From positions 14,612 to 78,611 of the forward strand of contig JAUWOU010000001.1 in NCBI GenBank assembly GCA_030612005.1: a stretch of DNA of 64,000 nt, in the 5' to 3' direction. Source of the stretch: Candidatus Thorarchaeota archaeon. GTDB lineage: Archaea; Asgardarchaeota; Thorarchaeia; Thorarchaeales; Thorarchaeaceae. A program made the position numbers and the translations under genes. Each line of letters opens with the position of its first letter. Within the stretch, counting starts at the first letter, position 1. Positions 50,311 to 60,661 of this stretch are shown here, piece after piece. The notes under the pieces are model-generated. The model did no database searches. It saw nothing but the letters and a program-made list of their open reading frames with translations, and was not told where the DNA came from.

Positions 50311-51633
50311 ATGGATAGTGAATTCAATTTGGAGAATGAAGAGATTACAGAGCAAGGAAACGAAGTTTCTGATAAGTCCAAAGTCGTGGCATTGTCTGCG
50401 CTTACAGCTTTAAGCCGGCTCAGTAATTCATTCAGGCAAATTGTTCTATTCCTATTCGTTATCTTTCTGTTTAGTGGAACAGGGATTAATACTGATGCAT
50501 TCTATGGATTGATTGTTGCAATTGCTGGTTATGTACAGGCATTTACTCTTTTTCCAGCAGGAACATTGAGTGATAAACGGGGTAGAGGAATAGCTATTTT
50601 CATAGGAGGCCTAATTTCAGGTATTGGCCTAATCCTGATGCCTTTTGCATATGACACGATGACAATTCTCATACTATACGCTCTAACTGGCATTGGTTCT
50701 GGATTCACAATGACCTCTATCAAAACGCTTGTTGCGGACTATACAGAACGGGGCGAGGAGAGAACTCGTTCATATGGAATCACAATGGCGGCAGGAACTC
50801 TAGCTGCAATTGTAGGACCACTTCTTGCAGGGTACATACTTGATCCTATTGCCTTACCCGGTGTAAATCCAGAGATGTTAAGATACACAATTGTCTTCTT
50901 CATGTGGGGTGGATTGAGGATTGTAACTGGTGTAGTAGGTTTCTTTACAGCAAAGTGGCTTCAGACGCATATTCCAAAGAAAATTGTTCCAGAAGAAGTC
51001 GAGGAAAAAGATGAATCATCAAACTCATCAGATGCAAGAAATGATACTATCACTTCGACTCTGTTTGGTATCAGTCGTCTGATCATGGGATTTAGTTCCG
51101 GAATGGTTGTTCCTTATCTCATCCCATGGATCGCTGCGACCTTCAATCCCAGTGAGGTTGTTCTTGGTAGTCTTCCAGCTATCTCAAATGTGACACTAGC
51201 CACTGGTGCACTATTTGTTGGATTGGCCAGTGAACGTGTTGGTAAGATGAAGATGATTACTTCGCTCTACATCCTAGCACCAATTCTCACAATAGGTCTT
51301 GTCTATACACCATTTCTACTCATGGCGGTCTTTTACGTTGCTAGAATGGCAGTTGCAAATATGGCAACACCAGCTTCTGATTCACTTTTCATGGGAGAGG
51401 TCAGTCAAATAAGAAGGGGGAGGTCTCTTGCACTCACTCGTATCATGTGGACATTCCCAAGACAAACAGGGACTCTTCTCACATCAATCTTACTTGGAAT
51501 TGGTTTTCTTGGAACTACAACAATGTATGGGATAATCATCTTCCCAATAGCTATGGCACTATACCCAATCAGTGTAATTCCAATGTACATAGCTGTTCGT
51601 AGAAATCGAAAGCTGAATACCCACGGAGACTAA
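50311..51633 (+). CDS. MFS transporter
   Basis: 12-TM topology with MFS loop motif (LSDKRGRG) between TM2 and TM3. Confidence 0.75.
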   Translation: MDSEFNLENEEITEQGNEVSDKSKVVALSALTALSRLSNSFRQIVLFLFVIFLFSGTGINTDAFYGLIVAIAGYVQAFTLFPAGTLSDKRGRGIAIFIGGLISGIGLILMPFAYDTMTILILYALTGIGSGFTMTSIKTLVADYTERGEERTRSYGITMAAGTLAAIVGPLLAGYILDPIALPGVNPEMLRYTIVFFMWGGLRIVTGVVGFFTAKWLQTHIPKKIVPEEVEEKDESSNSSDARNDTITSTLFGISRLIMGFSSGMVVPYLIPWIAATFNPSEVVLGSLPAISNVTLATGALFVGLASERVGKMKMITSLYILAPILTIGLVYTPFLLMAVFYVARMAVANMATPASDSLFMGEVSQIRRGRSLALTRIMWTFPRQTGTLLTSILLGIGFLGTTTMYGIIIFPIAMALYPISVIPMYIAVRRNRKLNTHGD

Positions 51634-52217
51634 GGTTTCATCTTGACGGTAAATGTAGGATTTGCCTTTTCAAATTCATCTCTTAGAATATCCATTACCA
51701 AGAGACCCTTGAAAGCTCCATCGATAAACTCGGTTTCTCGTAGTATTCCCACTCGTTTGAAGCCGACCTTCTCGTATGTTCGAATAGATCTTTCATTGTC
51801 TTCCATAGTATCGAGATAGATGCTATTGAGACCAAGAATGTTGAACCCAACCCAGAGCATTACTCGCGTTGCATCGGTTCCATATCCTTTAGACAGATTA
51901 TCGGGATTATGAATGGATATCCCAAACTCAGCTCGACTGTGAGGTCTCTTAATATCTTCAAGATGAACAAAACCTAGAAACTCGCTGCTCTTCTTGTCAG
52001 TTATTGCAAGCTCGAGTATTTTGTCGTTCCAAGGATCTGCAGTTATTCGTCTCTCTAACCAAGTTTCTAGATATTTCCTAGACCAAGGAATGGGGGGTCC
52101 CAACAATCGACGGAACTTCAATTCGTTCCAATACTTCAGTACCTCATCTAAATCAGAGGATTCAACTGCTCGAATGTATGTGAGGTCACCGTAGTACATG
52201 TCTAAGTAATTCAGCAC
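51630..52217 (-). CDS. GNAT N-acetyltransferase (RimJ/RimL-like)
   Basis: GYGTDATRVML...ERSIRTYEKVGF GNAT core typical of ribosomal-protein/aminoglycoside N-acetyltransferase-like members. Confidence 0.7.
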   Translation of the reverse strand: MLNYLDMYYGDLTYIRAVESSDLDEVLKYWNELKFRRLLGPPIPWSRKYLETWLERRITADPWNDKILELAITDKKSSEFLGFVHLEDIKRPHSRAEFGISIHNPDNLSKGYGTDATRVMLWVGFNILGLNSIYLDTMEDNERSIRTYEKVGFKRVGILRETEFIDGAFKGLLVMDILRDEFEKANPTFTVKMKP

Positions 52218-52290
52218 TTTGGAGATAAATGTCGGGGTTGTCGGAATCTATTTAGTCAGCATAGAATATTCGAAATACGAGGAACGTTTC

Positions 52291-53058
52291 ATGGAAAAGA
52301 AGTATCTCTTAGCCAAAATGACCTGGCCAGAAGTAGAAGAAATTCTGAAGGAAACTGATATTGCTCTTGTCCCGATTGGAGCAACAGAACAGCATGGACC
52401 GGCCTTACCGGTTGACAATGATGCACACATTGCAACAGAGTTCACAATGAGAGTTGCTGAGAGAATTTGGAGCAAACAGAAAGTTATAGTTACTCCAACC
52501 ATCTCATTTGGTTACTCACCTCATCACATGCAATTTCCAGGCACAATCACACTGAGTGAATCTACACTAGTAAATATGATAGTAGATGTTTGCAAGTCAC
52601 TTGAGCATCATGGGTTCAAGAGAATAATTATCATCAATGGTCATGGTGGAAACACAACTGCGATTTCCAATGCACTACATGAAATGAATGGCGTAGTTAA
52701 AGCAAAAATATTCAGTACAGATTGGTGGTCCTTTGCAATCGATAAGATCAAAGAAGTTGCGACACGACCATTCTTTCACGCTTGTGAAACGGAAACCTCA
52801 GTTGCATGGTTTCTAGACCAACGAGTATTAGACGACAAACGTGTCGATGAACCGGGTCGAAGCATTATTCCGGGATTTGTTGAACCAGATATGCTTGCTC
52901 CGCCGCCCAGAGCTTCAGCCGCTTTCATGATGAAGGACATTAGTGAGTCGGGTGTTGTCGGATATTCTACTAAGGCAACAAAGGAAAAAGGAAAACATAT
53001 TGCAGATGTAGTTCTTGAAAGGCTTGAAGAATTCATTCTGAAGGTAGCTGAAGCGTGA
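52291..53058 (+). CDS. creatininase-family amidohydrolase
   Basis: LTWPEVEE, PIGATEQHGPALPVDND, NGHGGN, AHACETETS motifs. ATG 52291 (MEKKY) has a GAGGA RBS; the ORF track start 52219 is probably a spurious extension. Confidence 0.8.
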   Translation: MEKKYLLAKMTWPEVEEILKETDIALVPIGATEQHGPALPVDNDAHIATEFTMRVAERIWSKQKVIVTPTISFGYSPHHMQFPGTITLSESTLVNMIVDVCKSLEHHGFKRIIIINGHGGNTTAISNALHEMNGVVKAKIFSTDWWSFAIDKIKEVATRPFFHACETETSVAWFLDQRVLDDKRVDEPGRSIIPGFVEPDMLAPPPRASAAFMMKDISESGVVGYSTKATKEKGKHIADVVLERLEEFILKVAEA

Positions 53059-53255
53059 AGAATTGATCACAAGTCCGGTGTAAACAATGCACCGGACCGT
53101 GAGGAGAGAAATTTCCCGAGTGGGTTACTCACTCAAGATGTGAGAACAACCTAAGGATTAAGTATCCTGAATGAATATAAGAAGCAGGTTCCACGCCATC
53201 TTCAAAGTCTATTTAATAGAATTGACGGATGTTGTAAAGTCAGCAGGTGAATTAA

Positions 53256-53579
53256 TTGGATGTAAGTCTCACTATAGTATTAGTCCTCTTGGTGTTGATA
53301 TCTGCAGCTTTGCCATTAATTGAAGTCCGTTTGAAGAATAGAAAGGAAAAGACTAGGATTGAATGCTTACTGACTGCTAATGATCACGAATGGATATCTA
53401 TTGAAGAGATATCAGGTCTTGTGGGGGTTTCCATGAGAACGGCGGTCAATAATATTGAATGGGGAATCATTGAGAGAATTATTGTTGGTGAACTTGAAAA
53501 CAATATGTTTGAAAGAAGTCGGCATCGCAATCCTGAAAAAATATCAGCTTACATCCCTTATGATCAAGAGGAACTCTAG
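53256..53579 (+). CDS. small membrane-anchored HTH protein (putative)
   Basis: N-terminal TM (LTIVLVLLVLISAALPLI), then an HTH-like EWISIEEISGLVGVSMRTAVNNI. Confidence 0.3.
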   Translation: MDVSLTIVLVLLVLISAALPLIEVRLKNRKEKTRIECLLTANDHEWISIEEISGLVGVSMRTAVNNIEWGIIERIIVGELENNMFERSRHRNPEKISAYIPYDQEEL

Positions 53580-53732
53580 CGCATTATATTTTCGGTAGGT
53601 CTGATGCTACATCGGCACGCACTCGAGCTGAAATATCGAGTATCTTTGAATAACCATTTTGCACCTGTTGCAATCCTTAAAACTAAAGATTCCTTAGTTT
53701 TATGAACTGAATGATGTAAGGAGTCTAATCGA

Positions 53733-54584
53733 TTGACATCAGTTCGAAGGATAAAGATGATTTTACCAAGTAAACAAACTAGCGAAGGCGCTGGTGTTAG
53801 TTTGAAGAGAGTGTTTGGACACCAAGAAGTTTCTCATACTGATCCCTTTCTACTTCTTGACCACTTTGGGTCAGATAACCCTGATGACTATATGGCAGGA
53901 TTCCCTTGGCACCCACATAGGGGAATTGAAACGATTACGTACATGCTAGATGGACGTGTCGAGCATGGAGATAGTCTTGGCAATGAAGGAGTAATCGAAT
54001 CTGGTGATGTTCAGTGGATGACTGCGGGTTCAGGAATTATCCATCAGGAGATGCCCAAGAGGTATGAGGGTATGATGATGGGATTCCAGCTTTGGGCAAA
54101 TCTGCCATCTCATCAGAAGATGATGCATCCTAGGTATCGAGATGTCAAGAAGGATACAATACCTGAGGTGACATTGGATAGCGGAGCTAAGGTGAAAATC
54201 ATCTGTGGTGAGATGAATGGAATAAAAGGACCAGTTCAGGACATTGTCACAGAACCCCAATACTATGATGTTGAGCTACCTCCTGGAACCGACTTCAAAC
54301 ATTCTGTGAAGGAAGGACACAATGTCTTTGCGTATGTGTTTGAAGGAAGGGGGCTTTTTGGAGAAGAGAAGAAAGAGGTTGGAACAGAGACCCTCGCTCT
54401 CTTTGATGAAGGTGAATATGTGGTGATTTCATCTCAAAAAGAGAATCTTCGATTATTACTCATTTCAGGAAAACCAATTGGTGAACCAATAGCATGGTAT
54501 GGACCAATCGTAATGAACACAAATGAAGAGTTGGATACAGCTTTCAGTGAATATAGGAATGGTACATTCATCAAACATGACTGA
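53733..54584 (+). CDS. pirin-family bicupin protein
   Basis: PWHPHRGIETITYMLDG...HGDS metal-binding cupin motif and C-terminal cupin. Confidence 0.85.
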   Translation: MTSVRRIKMILPSKQTSEGAGVSLKRVFGHQEVSHTDPFLLLDHFGSDNPDDYMAGFPWHPHRGIETITYMLDGRVEHGDSLGNEGVIESGDVQWMTAGSGIIHQEMPKRYEGMMMGFQLWANLPSHQKMMHPRYRDVKKDTIPEVTLDSGAKVKIICGEMNGIKGPVQDIVTEPQYYDVELPPGTDFKHSVKEGHNVFAYVFEGRGLFGEEKKEVGTETLALFDEGEYVVISSQKENLRLLLISGKPIGEPIAWYGPIVMNTNEELDTAFSEYRNGTFIKHD

Positions 54585-54637
54585 GCAAAATATCTCAGAA
54601 TTCAATAATCCTTATCTTGCGTCAAGCTACATCCTAA

Positions 54638-55246
54638 ATGGAGTTCGAACTAAGGACCGATGAGCGCATGAGAATTAAATTGTTTGTTGAGCCACGTGAA
54701 AAAGCTAGAGAAGAAATTCTACTGGAATCTTCCGTGCCTCTTGATATGAAATCCTTTAGACAATGGCAGAAATCTTGGATATCCAATAAAGAGTTCAAGA
54801 AGTGGAATAAAGGACCTTGGCAATCGCAGATTCTTGGAGAGAATAGACTAGGTAAAATCGTAACTGCAGAAATGAGAGTTCCCAGCGAGAGCAATTCCCT
54901 GAAAGGATCTTTACTCGCATTCCGGTCATTTGTAACAGATAGCACAGGTGCTAAGCGTAAATTACCATTGGTCCTTTTTGCTCGTATCAAGAAATCTGTA
55001 GGTCTAGATTATTTCAAATCAAAAATGAGTCTAGATGTCGATCAGGAAGCTGAGATTAAGCAAGCATTGAAAGAGGATCCTTGGGCTCCAATATCAGTAT
55101 GGCATCCTCAACCTGTTGATAGAAGACATGAGATTGCAGTAAGTGATGTTCTCCCACATGCGATTAAATACGCTCAGGCACTGTTTGAACAAGATTTGAA
55201 AGCTGGCGGTTGGAATAGATTCTCTGAAACTGAACAATTCAAGTGA
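54638..55246 (+). CDS. hypothetical protein, 202 aa, basic
   Basis: Clean ORF with no motif. Confidence 0.4.
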   Translation: MEFELRTDERMRIKLFVEPREKAREEILLESSVPLDMKSFRQWQKSWISNKEFKKWNKGPWQSQILGENRLGKIVTAEMRVPSESNSLKGSLLAFRSFVTDSTGAKRKLPLVLFARIKKSVGLDYFKSKMSLDVDQEAEIKQALKEDPWAPISVWHPQPVDRRHEIAVSDVLPHAIKYAQALFEQDLKAGGWNRFSETEQFK

Positions 55247-55327
55247 TAGTAAAAGGATTTTTGACCTAGTTTGTATGCCAATGATTGGTCATCGGTAGAT
55301 GAATTGTGACAAGGAAGGGACTCAGTA

Positions 55328-57232
55328 ATGCGAATCACAGCAGTGTGCGTCATTGTTCTGCTGTCAGTGGTAACACTAAATCTGATACCGATATCAACTC
55401 CCATTTACGAAAGCACACTAATAGAGCAAACATCCGAGGATAGTAAACAATATTCCCCAACAGCACAGGGAATCATAGATGAGGTTCTCCTAGAAGATAC
55501 CTTTGTAACTGCGCAATGGGGTTTCAACGATTCTCTGTGGAATATCACCACCAACAATCACCCTACACTGTCATGGATTGACGGTGATTCTCTTGCAATG
55601 GAATCGGAATTATTTACTTCTGCAACTCTTGAATCAATCAGCAGTTTTGGACCAGAAGTGATAGCTGAGTTCGAATTCTCATTTACTCAAGGGCTTTGTT
55701 ACTTCGGAATAGGTTGGGTGGATCAATACATTGTGCAAGGTGAAGAATGGGTCACTAATCTTAGAGCATGTCAGAATGGCGTGTTCATTGATTATTGTGA
55801 TATGGAACTATTCCTCGTTAGCTATGATGATGGAAATAGGGTTGCAACACCCATCAGGAATCTCAGTCTGACAAGTCCACACACATACACATTGGTCTGG
55901 CATAGCAGTCTTGTTTCATTGTATGTCGATGGAGTAGAACATGCAAGTATTTCCCGTCAAATCCCATCAGTAAGTTTGCAATTCATGCTAACAACATCGG
56001 GTCAGCATCGTCTTGTTCAAAGGGATACTTTACTCATTGACAAGGTAACTATTGGCACCCTCGAATGGAACAATTATTATGATATTCCAGAAGTTTCTCT
56101 TATCTGGCCAGACAATAATTCACAAGTATATGGCTTCGATTTCATTGATTTGGAGATAATAGGCCAGAGCAGTACAACCTTTTCATGGGATGGTCAGGCA
56201 TCCATTTCTCTTCACTCACCATGGGATATCCAAGTGCCAGATCAGGAAGGATTTCATACTTTGGATATCTATTCTGAGGACTCAATTGGTAATTCTACTT
56301 CGCTTCATCTTCTATTCGAAGTGATTTCAGAGGCCCCATCAATTCAGGTATGGAATACACTTGTTGTTCCTATTATCGATGGTGAGTTATCCATTCAAGA
56401 ACAAAATTCTATGACTATGTATAACCTCAATTTTAGAGGGGAGGATAGACAAATCGTAATGGTAGACGTTCTTATTGGTTATGTTAATGAATCGCTTTAT
56501 GTAGGAATAGCTACACCTGTACCAGATCATTGGAATTCTCGACTATCACTTCTAATCGATGGAAGCGGCGACGGAATCTGGGGAGATGCAGAAGTTGGGG
56601 TTTACGAAGACATTCGCATTACAGTATCAGGAGGGTTACAGAATCAGTTTAGAGGAATCTATTCACATACTGGACAGGAGATTCTTCAAATCACTGGCAT
56701 TACATATTCTTCAGGAGTAAACTCAAAAGGTTTAGTCGCGGAATTTCTCGTTCCAATTGATAGCGTTGAAGGGAATTTCACCACAGGTCTGGGATTTGGG
56801 ATGATTGCCTCAAGTGGAGGTTATGATGCATTCTATCCTATTAGTATCATGGAGCATGACGATTGTGTTTTGCAGATTGCTAAGAGTTCTGGTGGAAGAC
56901 CTCAAGATTCCTTTGCAGGATTCATTGGGTCGACAATTATTCTAGTTGGACTTGTTCCACTCATTGTTGTAATAATCCGAGCTCGGAAGAGAAGGGGTTT
57001 CTTGGAGATAGAAGAAACACTGGAAAATGAATCTCTTGAACGCATCCGAACACTTCTCCTATCACATCCGCAAATATCTCTCGAAAGACTTGCATTACTA
57101 GCAGATACAGATACGCGGCACACAAGAGAATTAGTTGAAACACTCCAAAAGAAAGGACTACTCGAAAGGTCAGTCCAGATTTCTGAAACCGAGATTACTA
57201 GAGACATTTCCTCGTCTGAAAAGAATCATTAG
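55328..57232 (+). CDS. N-glycosylation-rich surface protein: signal peptide, lectin/LamG-like domain, Ig-like domain(s), single TM, cytoplasmic winged-helix-like tail (paralog 1)
   Basis: Signal peptide MRITAVCVIVLLSVVTLNL. At least 7 N-x-S/T sequons in the ectodomain. TM IGSTIILVGLVPLIVVII followed by RARKRRG. The ~80-aa tail has a wH-like pattern (ISLERLALLADTDTRHTRELVETLQKKGLLE). Confidence 0.55.
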   Translation: MRITAVCVIVLLSVVTLNLIPISTPIYESTLIEQTSEDSKQYSPTAQGIIDEVLLEDTFVTAQWGFNDSLWNITTNNHPTLSWIDGDSLAMESELFTSATLESISSFGPEVIAEFEFSFTQGLCYFGIGWVDQYIVQGEEWVTNLRACQNGVFIDYCDMELFLVSYDDGNRVATPIRNLSLTSPHTYTLVWHSSLVSLYVDGVEHASISRQIPSVSLQFMLTTSGQHRLVQRDTLLIDKVTIGTLEWNNYYDIPEVSLIWPDNNSQVYGFDFIDLEIIGQSSTTFSWDGQASISLHSPWDIQVPDQEGFHTLDIYSEDSIGNSTSLHLLFEVISEAPSIQVWNTLVVPIIDGELSIQEQNSMTMYNLNFRGEDRQIVMVDVLIGYVNESLYVGIATPVPDHWNSRLSLLIDGSGDGIWGDAEVGVYEDIRITVSGGLQNQFRGIYSHTGQEILQITGITYSSGVNSKGLVAEFLVPIDSVEGNFTTGLGFGMIASSGGYDAFYPISIMEHDDCVLQIAKSSGGRPQDSFAGFIGSTIILVGLVPLIVVIIRARKRRGFLEIEETLENESLERIRTLLLSHPQISLERLALLADTDTRHTRELVETLQKKGLLERSVQISETEITRDISSSEKNH

Positions 57233-57264
57233 TGAGTTTGAAAATAATAAAATGGGGTTTCTAA

Positions 57265-59175
57265 GTGAGAAGAAATAGAAGACAACTAGCATTTCAACTG
57301 CTACTATGGATCATTGTGATATCTAGCATTCAACCTGCTACCGTAATTCAATCAACTAATATTGAAACTGGTGTAACAAGTACTGCAACTCCAAGTAGAT
57401 ACGAGTCTTACATCATCGGTGAAGGATCAACAGTCCTTCAGGACGATTTTGATGCGTCTCTTGGATATAATACAACTTTGTGGGACCTAGAGTCCTATGG
57501 AAATGGCAGTGTGAGCTGGGTTGATGGCGAATATTTCAACATGTCAGTTGAGAGACACTCATTTAGAACGCTGTCTTCGAAACAGATTTTCTCAGCAGGA
57601 CATGAAGTCACCATCAAAATGAGAATGATGGAAGATGAAGCTCTTGTTTGTGTGGGTTTCACAAACACGACAGCGAGTACTGGTTGGAACTATCTCTTCT
57701 GGAATAGTTCGCTCTATTTTGAAGAAGGACAAGACACAATGTTGTTAGTGAGAAAGATTGGAGACCCCTTTGAACGTACTGCGAAAATATTGAGTGGTTT
57801 TGACCAATCAGAGTTTCACACGTACAGGTTAGTATGGAATTCATCTGTGGCAATTGCATATGTTGACGGAATTCGACTAGGTGCAATTGGAGGAGGAATG
57901 CCATCTGGACCACTTCGCTTTAAGATTGCAATAACTGAGAATCGAAATCAGACTACTGATGGGTGGCTCTGTATTGATAGCATAATAATCAAAGAACATA
58001 ACTCGATGATTGATGAGAATCCTCCATTCATTACATTAAACAGTCCAGGGAACGGAACTTTGAACCTAGGGGGAAACCTCATAGAAATAGTACCTATTGG
58101 TTCAGATGGACAACTCTACTGGTCATGGGATGGTGCGTCAAATGAAACTGGGACTGAACCGTATGATATCAAACTCCCAGAAACTGAGGGTATCCATACC
58201 TTAGACGTATATTGCAAAGATGGATACGGATATGACAATTGGGCTCATGTGCGATATGTCTTCAACACTATGGTAACTCCACTGTTGTTGAATACAGCTT
58301 GGTGTAGTCCAGCGCCCACGATTGATGGAGTGATTCAAACGGGTGAATGGCCAGCTCTTTCACTAAATACAATAGAGCTTGTGAGAGAAGATGGAAGCAA
58401 AGAACTGGTTGATATTTATCTTGGAAGCGATAGCTCCTTTGTCTATGTTGGATTTGATTCGTCAATTCCTTCAGGACATGATTCTAGGGCATCCTTGATT
58501 ATTAGTGGGACTAATAATGGGTCCTATTATGGAAGTAATGAAACACCAATCACAACTGCATACTACACAAAAGGAAGCCCGCTGGCGTGGGACGGTTATG
58601 ATGAGCTAAAGTATTTGTGGGAAGAAGAGGGAGCTGTAAAGGAATTGAAACTTGAACCAAAACCTAGCGGATTCCTGTCATTCTCATCCGGTCAAGACCT
58701 CAATGTGCACTACGAGTTCAGGTTCCCGCTTCAAGAACTGAACGCTGAACCGGGATCTTCAATAGGAATCTCACTAATGTTGTTCCCAACAGGAATGGGT
58801 GTGCATAGTTTGTACTACCCTATAGCGCATCCTTGGGATAATGCATCGAAACTTGCAAGCCTGGTACTTGCATTACCTCCGAACACTCTTCTTATCCAGA
58901 CATTTGTTGCAGCTGGGGCAATAGGACTTGTTGCAATTGCTTCGTACTTTGGTTGGACAAGACGCCCTCGGAGTATACAAGCTCTAGATGCAGATTCAGA
59001 TTCTATCCAACGAATTAAGGGAATAGTCGAGTCATATGATAAAATCGAACTAGGACGACTTTCACAGATGACCAATCTATCACCTTCAGAAGTAAAGGAA
59101 ATTGTTACGCATTTGATAGAACAAAGAAAAATTGATGCAAAGATTGTTGATGAAGAAGTTGTGAGAGGAAAATAG
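57265..59175 (+). CDS. paralog 2 of the lectin-like/TM/cytoplasmic wH surface protein
   Basis: Colinear similarity to 55328..57232 (HTYRLVWNSSVAIAYVDG vs HTYTLVWHSSLVSLYVDG; WSWDG...HTLDVY vs FSWDG...HTLDIY). About 12 sequons. TM FVAAGAIGLVAIASYFGW, then RRPR. Tail ELGRLSQMTNLSPSEVKEIVTHLIEQRKI. Confidence 0.55.
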   Translation: MRRNRRQLAFQLLLWIIVISSIQPATVIQSTNIETGVTSTATPSRYESYIIGEGSTVLQDDFDASLGYNTTLWDLESYGNGSVSWVDGEYFNMSVERHSFRTLSSKQIFSAGHEVTIKMRMMEDEALVCVGFTNTTASTGWNYLFWNSSLYFEEGQDTMLLVRKIGDPFERTAKILSGFDQSEFHTYRLVWNSSVAIAYVDGIRLGAIGGGMPSGPLRFKIAITENRNQTTDGWLCIDSIIIKEHNSMIDENPPFITLNSPGNGTLNLGGNLIEIVPIGSDGQLYWSWDGASNETGTEPYDIKLPETEGIHTLDVYCKDGYGYDNWAHVRYVFNTMVTPLLLNTAWCSPAPTIDGVIQTGEWPALSLNTIELVREDGSKELVDIYLGSDSSFVYVGFDSSIPSGHDSRASLIISGTNNGSYYGSNETPITTAYYTKGSPLAWDGYDELKYLWEEEGAVKELKLEPKPSGFLSFSSGQDLNVHYEFRFPLQELNAEPGSSIGISLMLFPTGMGVHSLYYPIAHPWDNASKLASLVLALPPNTLLIQTFVAAGAIGLVAIASYFGWTRRPRSIQALDADSDSIQRIKGIVESYDKIELGRLSQMTNLSPSEVKEIVTHLIEQRKIDAKIVDEEVVRGK

Positions 59176-59178
59176 TTT

Positions 59179-60375
59179 TCAATTGTCAAGAGTGTTTGAG
59201 AATTTGCAATACCTGCAAACAATCTTCTCTGGAGAGTTGATATAATCTCTGAACAGGTTGACTGGAGGAATAGTAGGAAGAAGTTGAGTGGGAGGTCGAC
59301 CTGGTCCACGAGATTTTTTCTTCCCACTTATCTCAACTGGTATTGGTTGGAAATCCTGCGCTGAAGTTACAAGTCCAGTGAGATGATCTCTCCAAGTGCG
59401 CTCAGTTCCAAGCCGATTAAGCTCATCCGGAGCAGAAGGACCAGAAATCATCTCGAGATAACCTGATAATCCTCGAGGAGGGTTAAAACAGATTACAAGT
59501 CCCGAGAGCACGACACCTCTTCTGCAGTAATCAGATATTCTTTGGTTCCTACAACCTTCAACCGTGTGATCAAGACAGAAGGTGAGAAAGAGGTTTCTAG
59601 CTTCCGAGTAATCTTGAGCGTTATCCATATTCATTAGATCAGACACATCAGTGAAACTAGTAAACCGGGTTCCTTTCGAAAGCTGTACCTCGATTTGTTG
59701 AATCAATGCAGTTCTCCAAGTCAATTGTTTTCGATGAGATCGCTCTGAAGATTTCCATTCTGAGTCGCCCAAGTAAAGAGTGAGAAAAGGCTCATCTAAA
59801 ATACCACGCCAGTTTGAACGTACGTCATCAAGCTCTATCGCGAATGATATGCGCTCTGCCTTGACTGGAAAAACAGTTTTGAGCGTTTCAGAAATAATAC
59901 CTTGAAATTCAACTGTAAAGACAATCTCACCCATTTTCTTTTTCACTGGTGTAGCAGAGGCGGAAAGTGTTACGACTAATCGGGGTTTGGAAGAAGTATT
60001 ACTTTCAATAGTCCATGAAATATCGAGGTTTCCACTTGATTCTGGGACATCTCCCATTCTCGAATTTTGAATTGCAGATAGAATCTTTTCAGCTAATCCT
60101 TCAATATTGGTCCAGATATCAAGTGATGCATAGTCAATACCTTCACTCTTCGTAGTATCAAGAACAACCAGAATTGATTGATTATCCTTATCTCCAGCAA
60201 GCCAACTTGTTCGCGATTTGGAGGTGCGCTTATCCAAAACAACTCCGAGTCGCATGGTTGTAAGAATCTCTGCTAGCGCATCTTCATAGTCACACCCAAT
60301 GGGAACATAGTTTAGAATCAAATGATGTTGGAGTCCAACTTGAGTATGCTGAAATTCTTTTGTCGTTAATTGCAT
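59179..60375 (-). CDS. hypothetical protein, 398 aa, with AT-hook-like basic stretch (GKKKSRGPGRPP) near C-terminus
   Basis: Clean ORF, divergent from a TrmB-like regulator gene. No catalytic motif recognised. Confidence 0.45.
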   Translation of the reverse strand: MQLTTKEFQHTQVGLQHHLILNYVPIGCDYEDALAEILTTMRLGVVLDKRTSKSRTSWLAGDKDNQSILVVLDTTKSEGIDYASLDIWTNIEGLAEKILSAIQNSRMGDVPESSGNLDISWTIESNTSSKPRLVVTLSASATPVKKKMGEIVFTVEFQGIISETLKTVFPVKAERISFAIELDDVRSNWRGILDEPFLTLYLGDSEWKSSERSHRKQLTWRTALIQQIEVQLSKGTRFTSFTDVSDLMNMDNAQDYSEARNLFLTFCLDHTVEGCRNQRISDYCRRGVVLSGLVICFNPPRGLSGYLEMISGPSAPDELNRLGTERTWRDHLTGLVTSAQDFQPIPVEISGKKKSRGPGRPPTQLLPTIPPVNLFRDYINSPEKIVCRYCKFSNTLDN

Positions 60376-60661
60376 ACCTTGAACTGATTCCAGTATTGGA
60401 TTCCACTCCTCACTATGTTCTTGTACTCAGGCAGTAATAACCAGAAACCTGTATATTGTTCTGATTAATCAAACCTTCGAATTTATTGCATTAGCACTAT
60501 TAGATTGGTAACCACATTATATTGTAGTGTGATTTTCCGATTGTCATCCCGAACTATGACTGGAGTTTTGGCAATGAACCGACTGCCGACTGTAAAAAAT
60601 TCTTATCACTCAATTTGCAGATATATTTCAAGCCTGCTTAGCCCACCATTTGGTGAAATGA

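Noticed and set aside
52219-52290. Upstream extension of the creatininase ORF
   Set aside because: The family N-terminus matches MEKKYLLAKMTWPEVEE starting at 52291 with a GAGGA RBS. The extension overlaps the start of the divergent GNAT gene.
60500-60530. ACATTATATTGT string resembling the 21145 operator repeat
   Set aside because: It is a single imperfect occurrence in AT-rich DNA, with no tandem arrangement. Chance similarity is likely.
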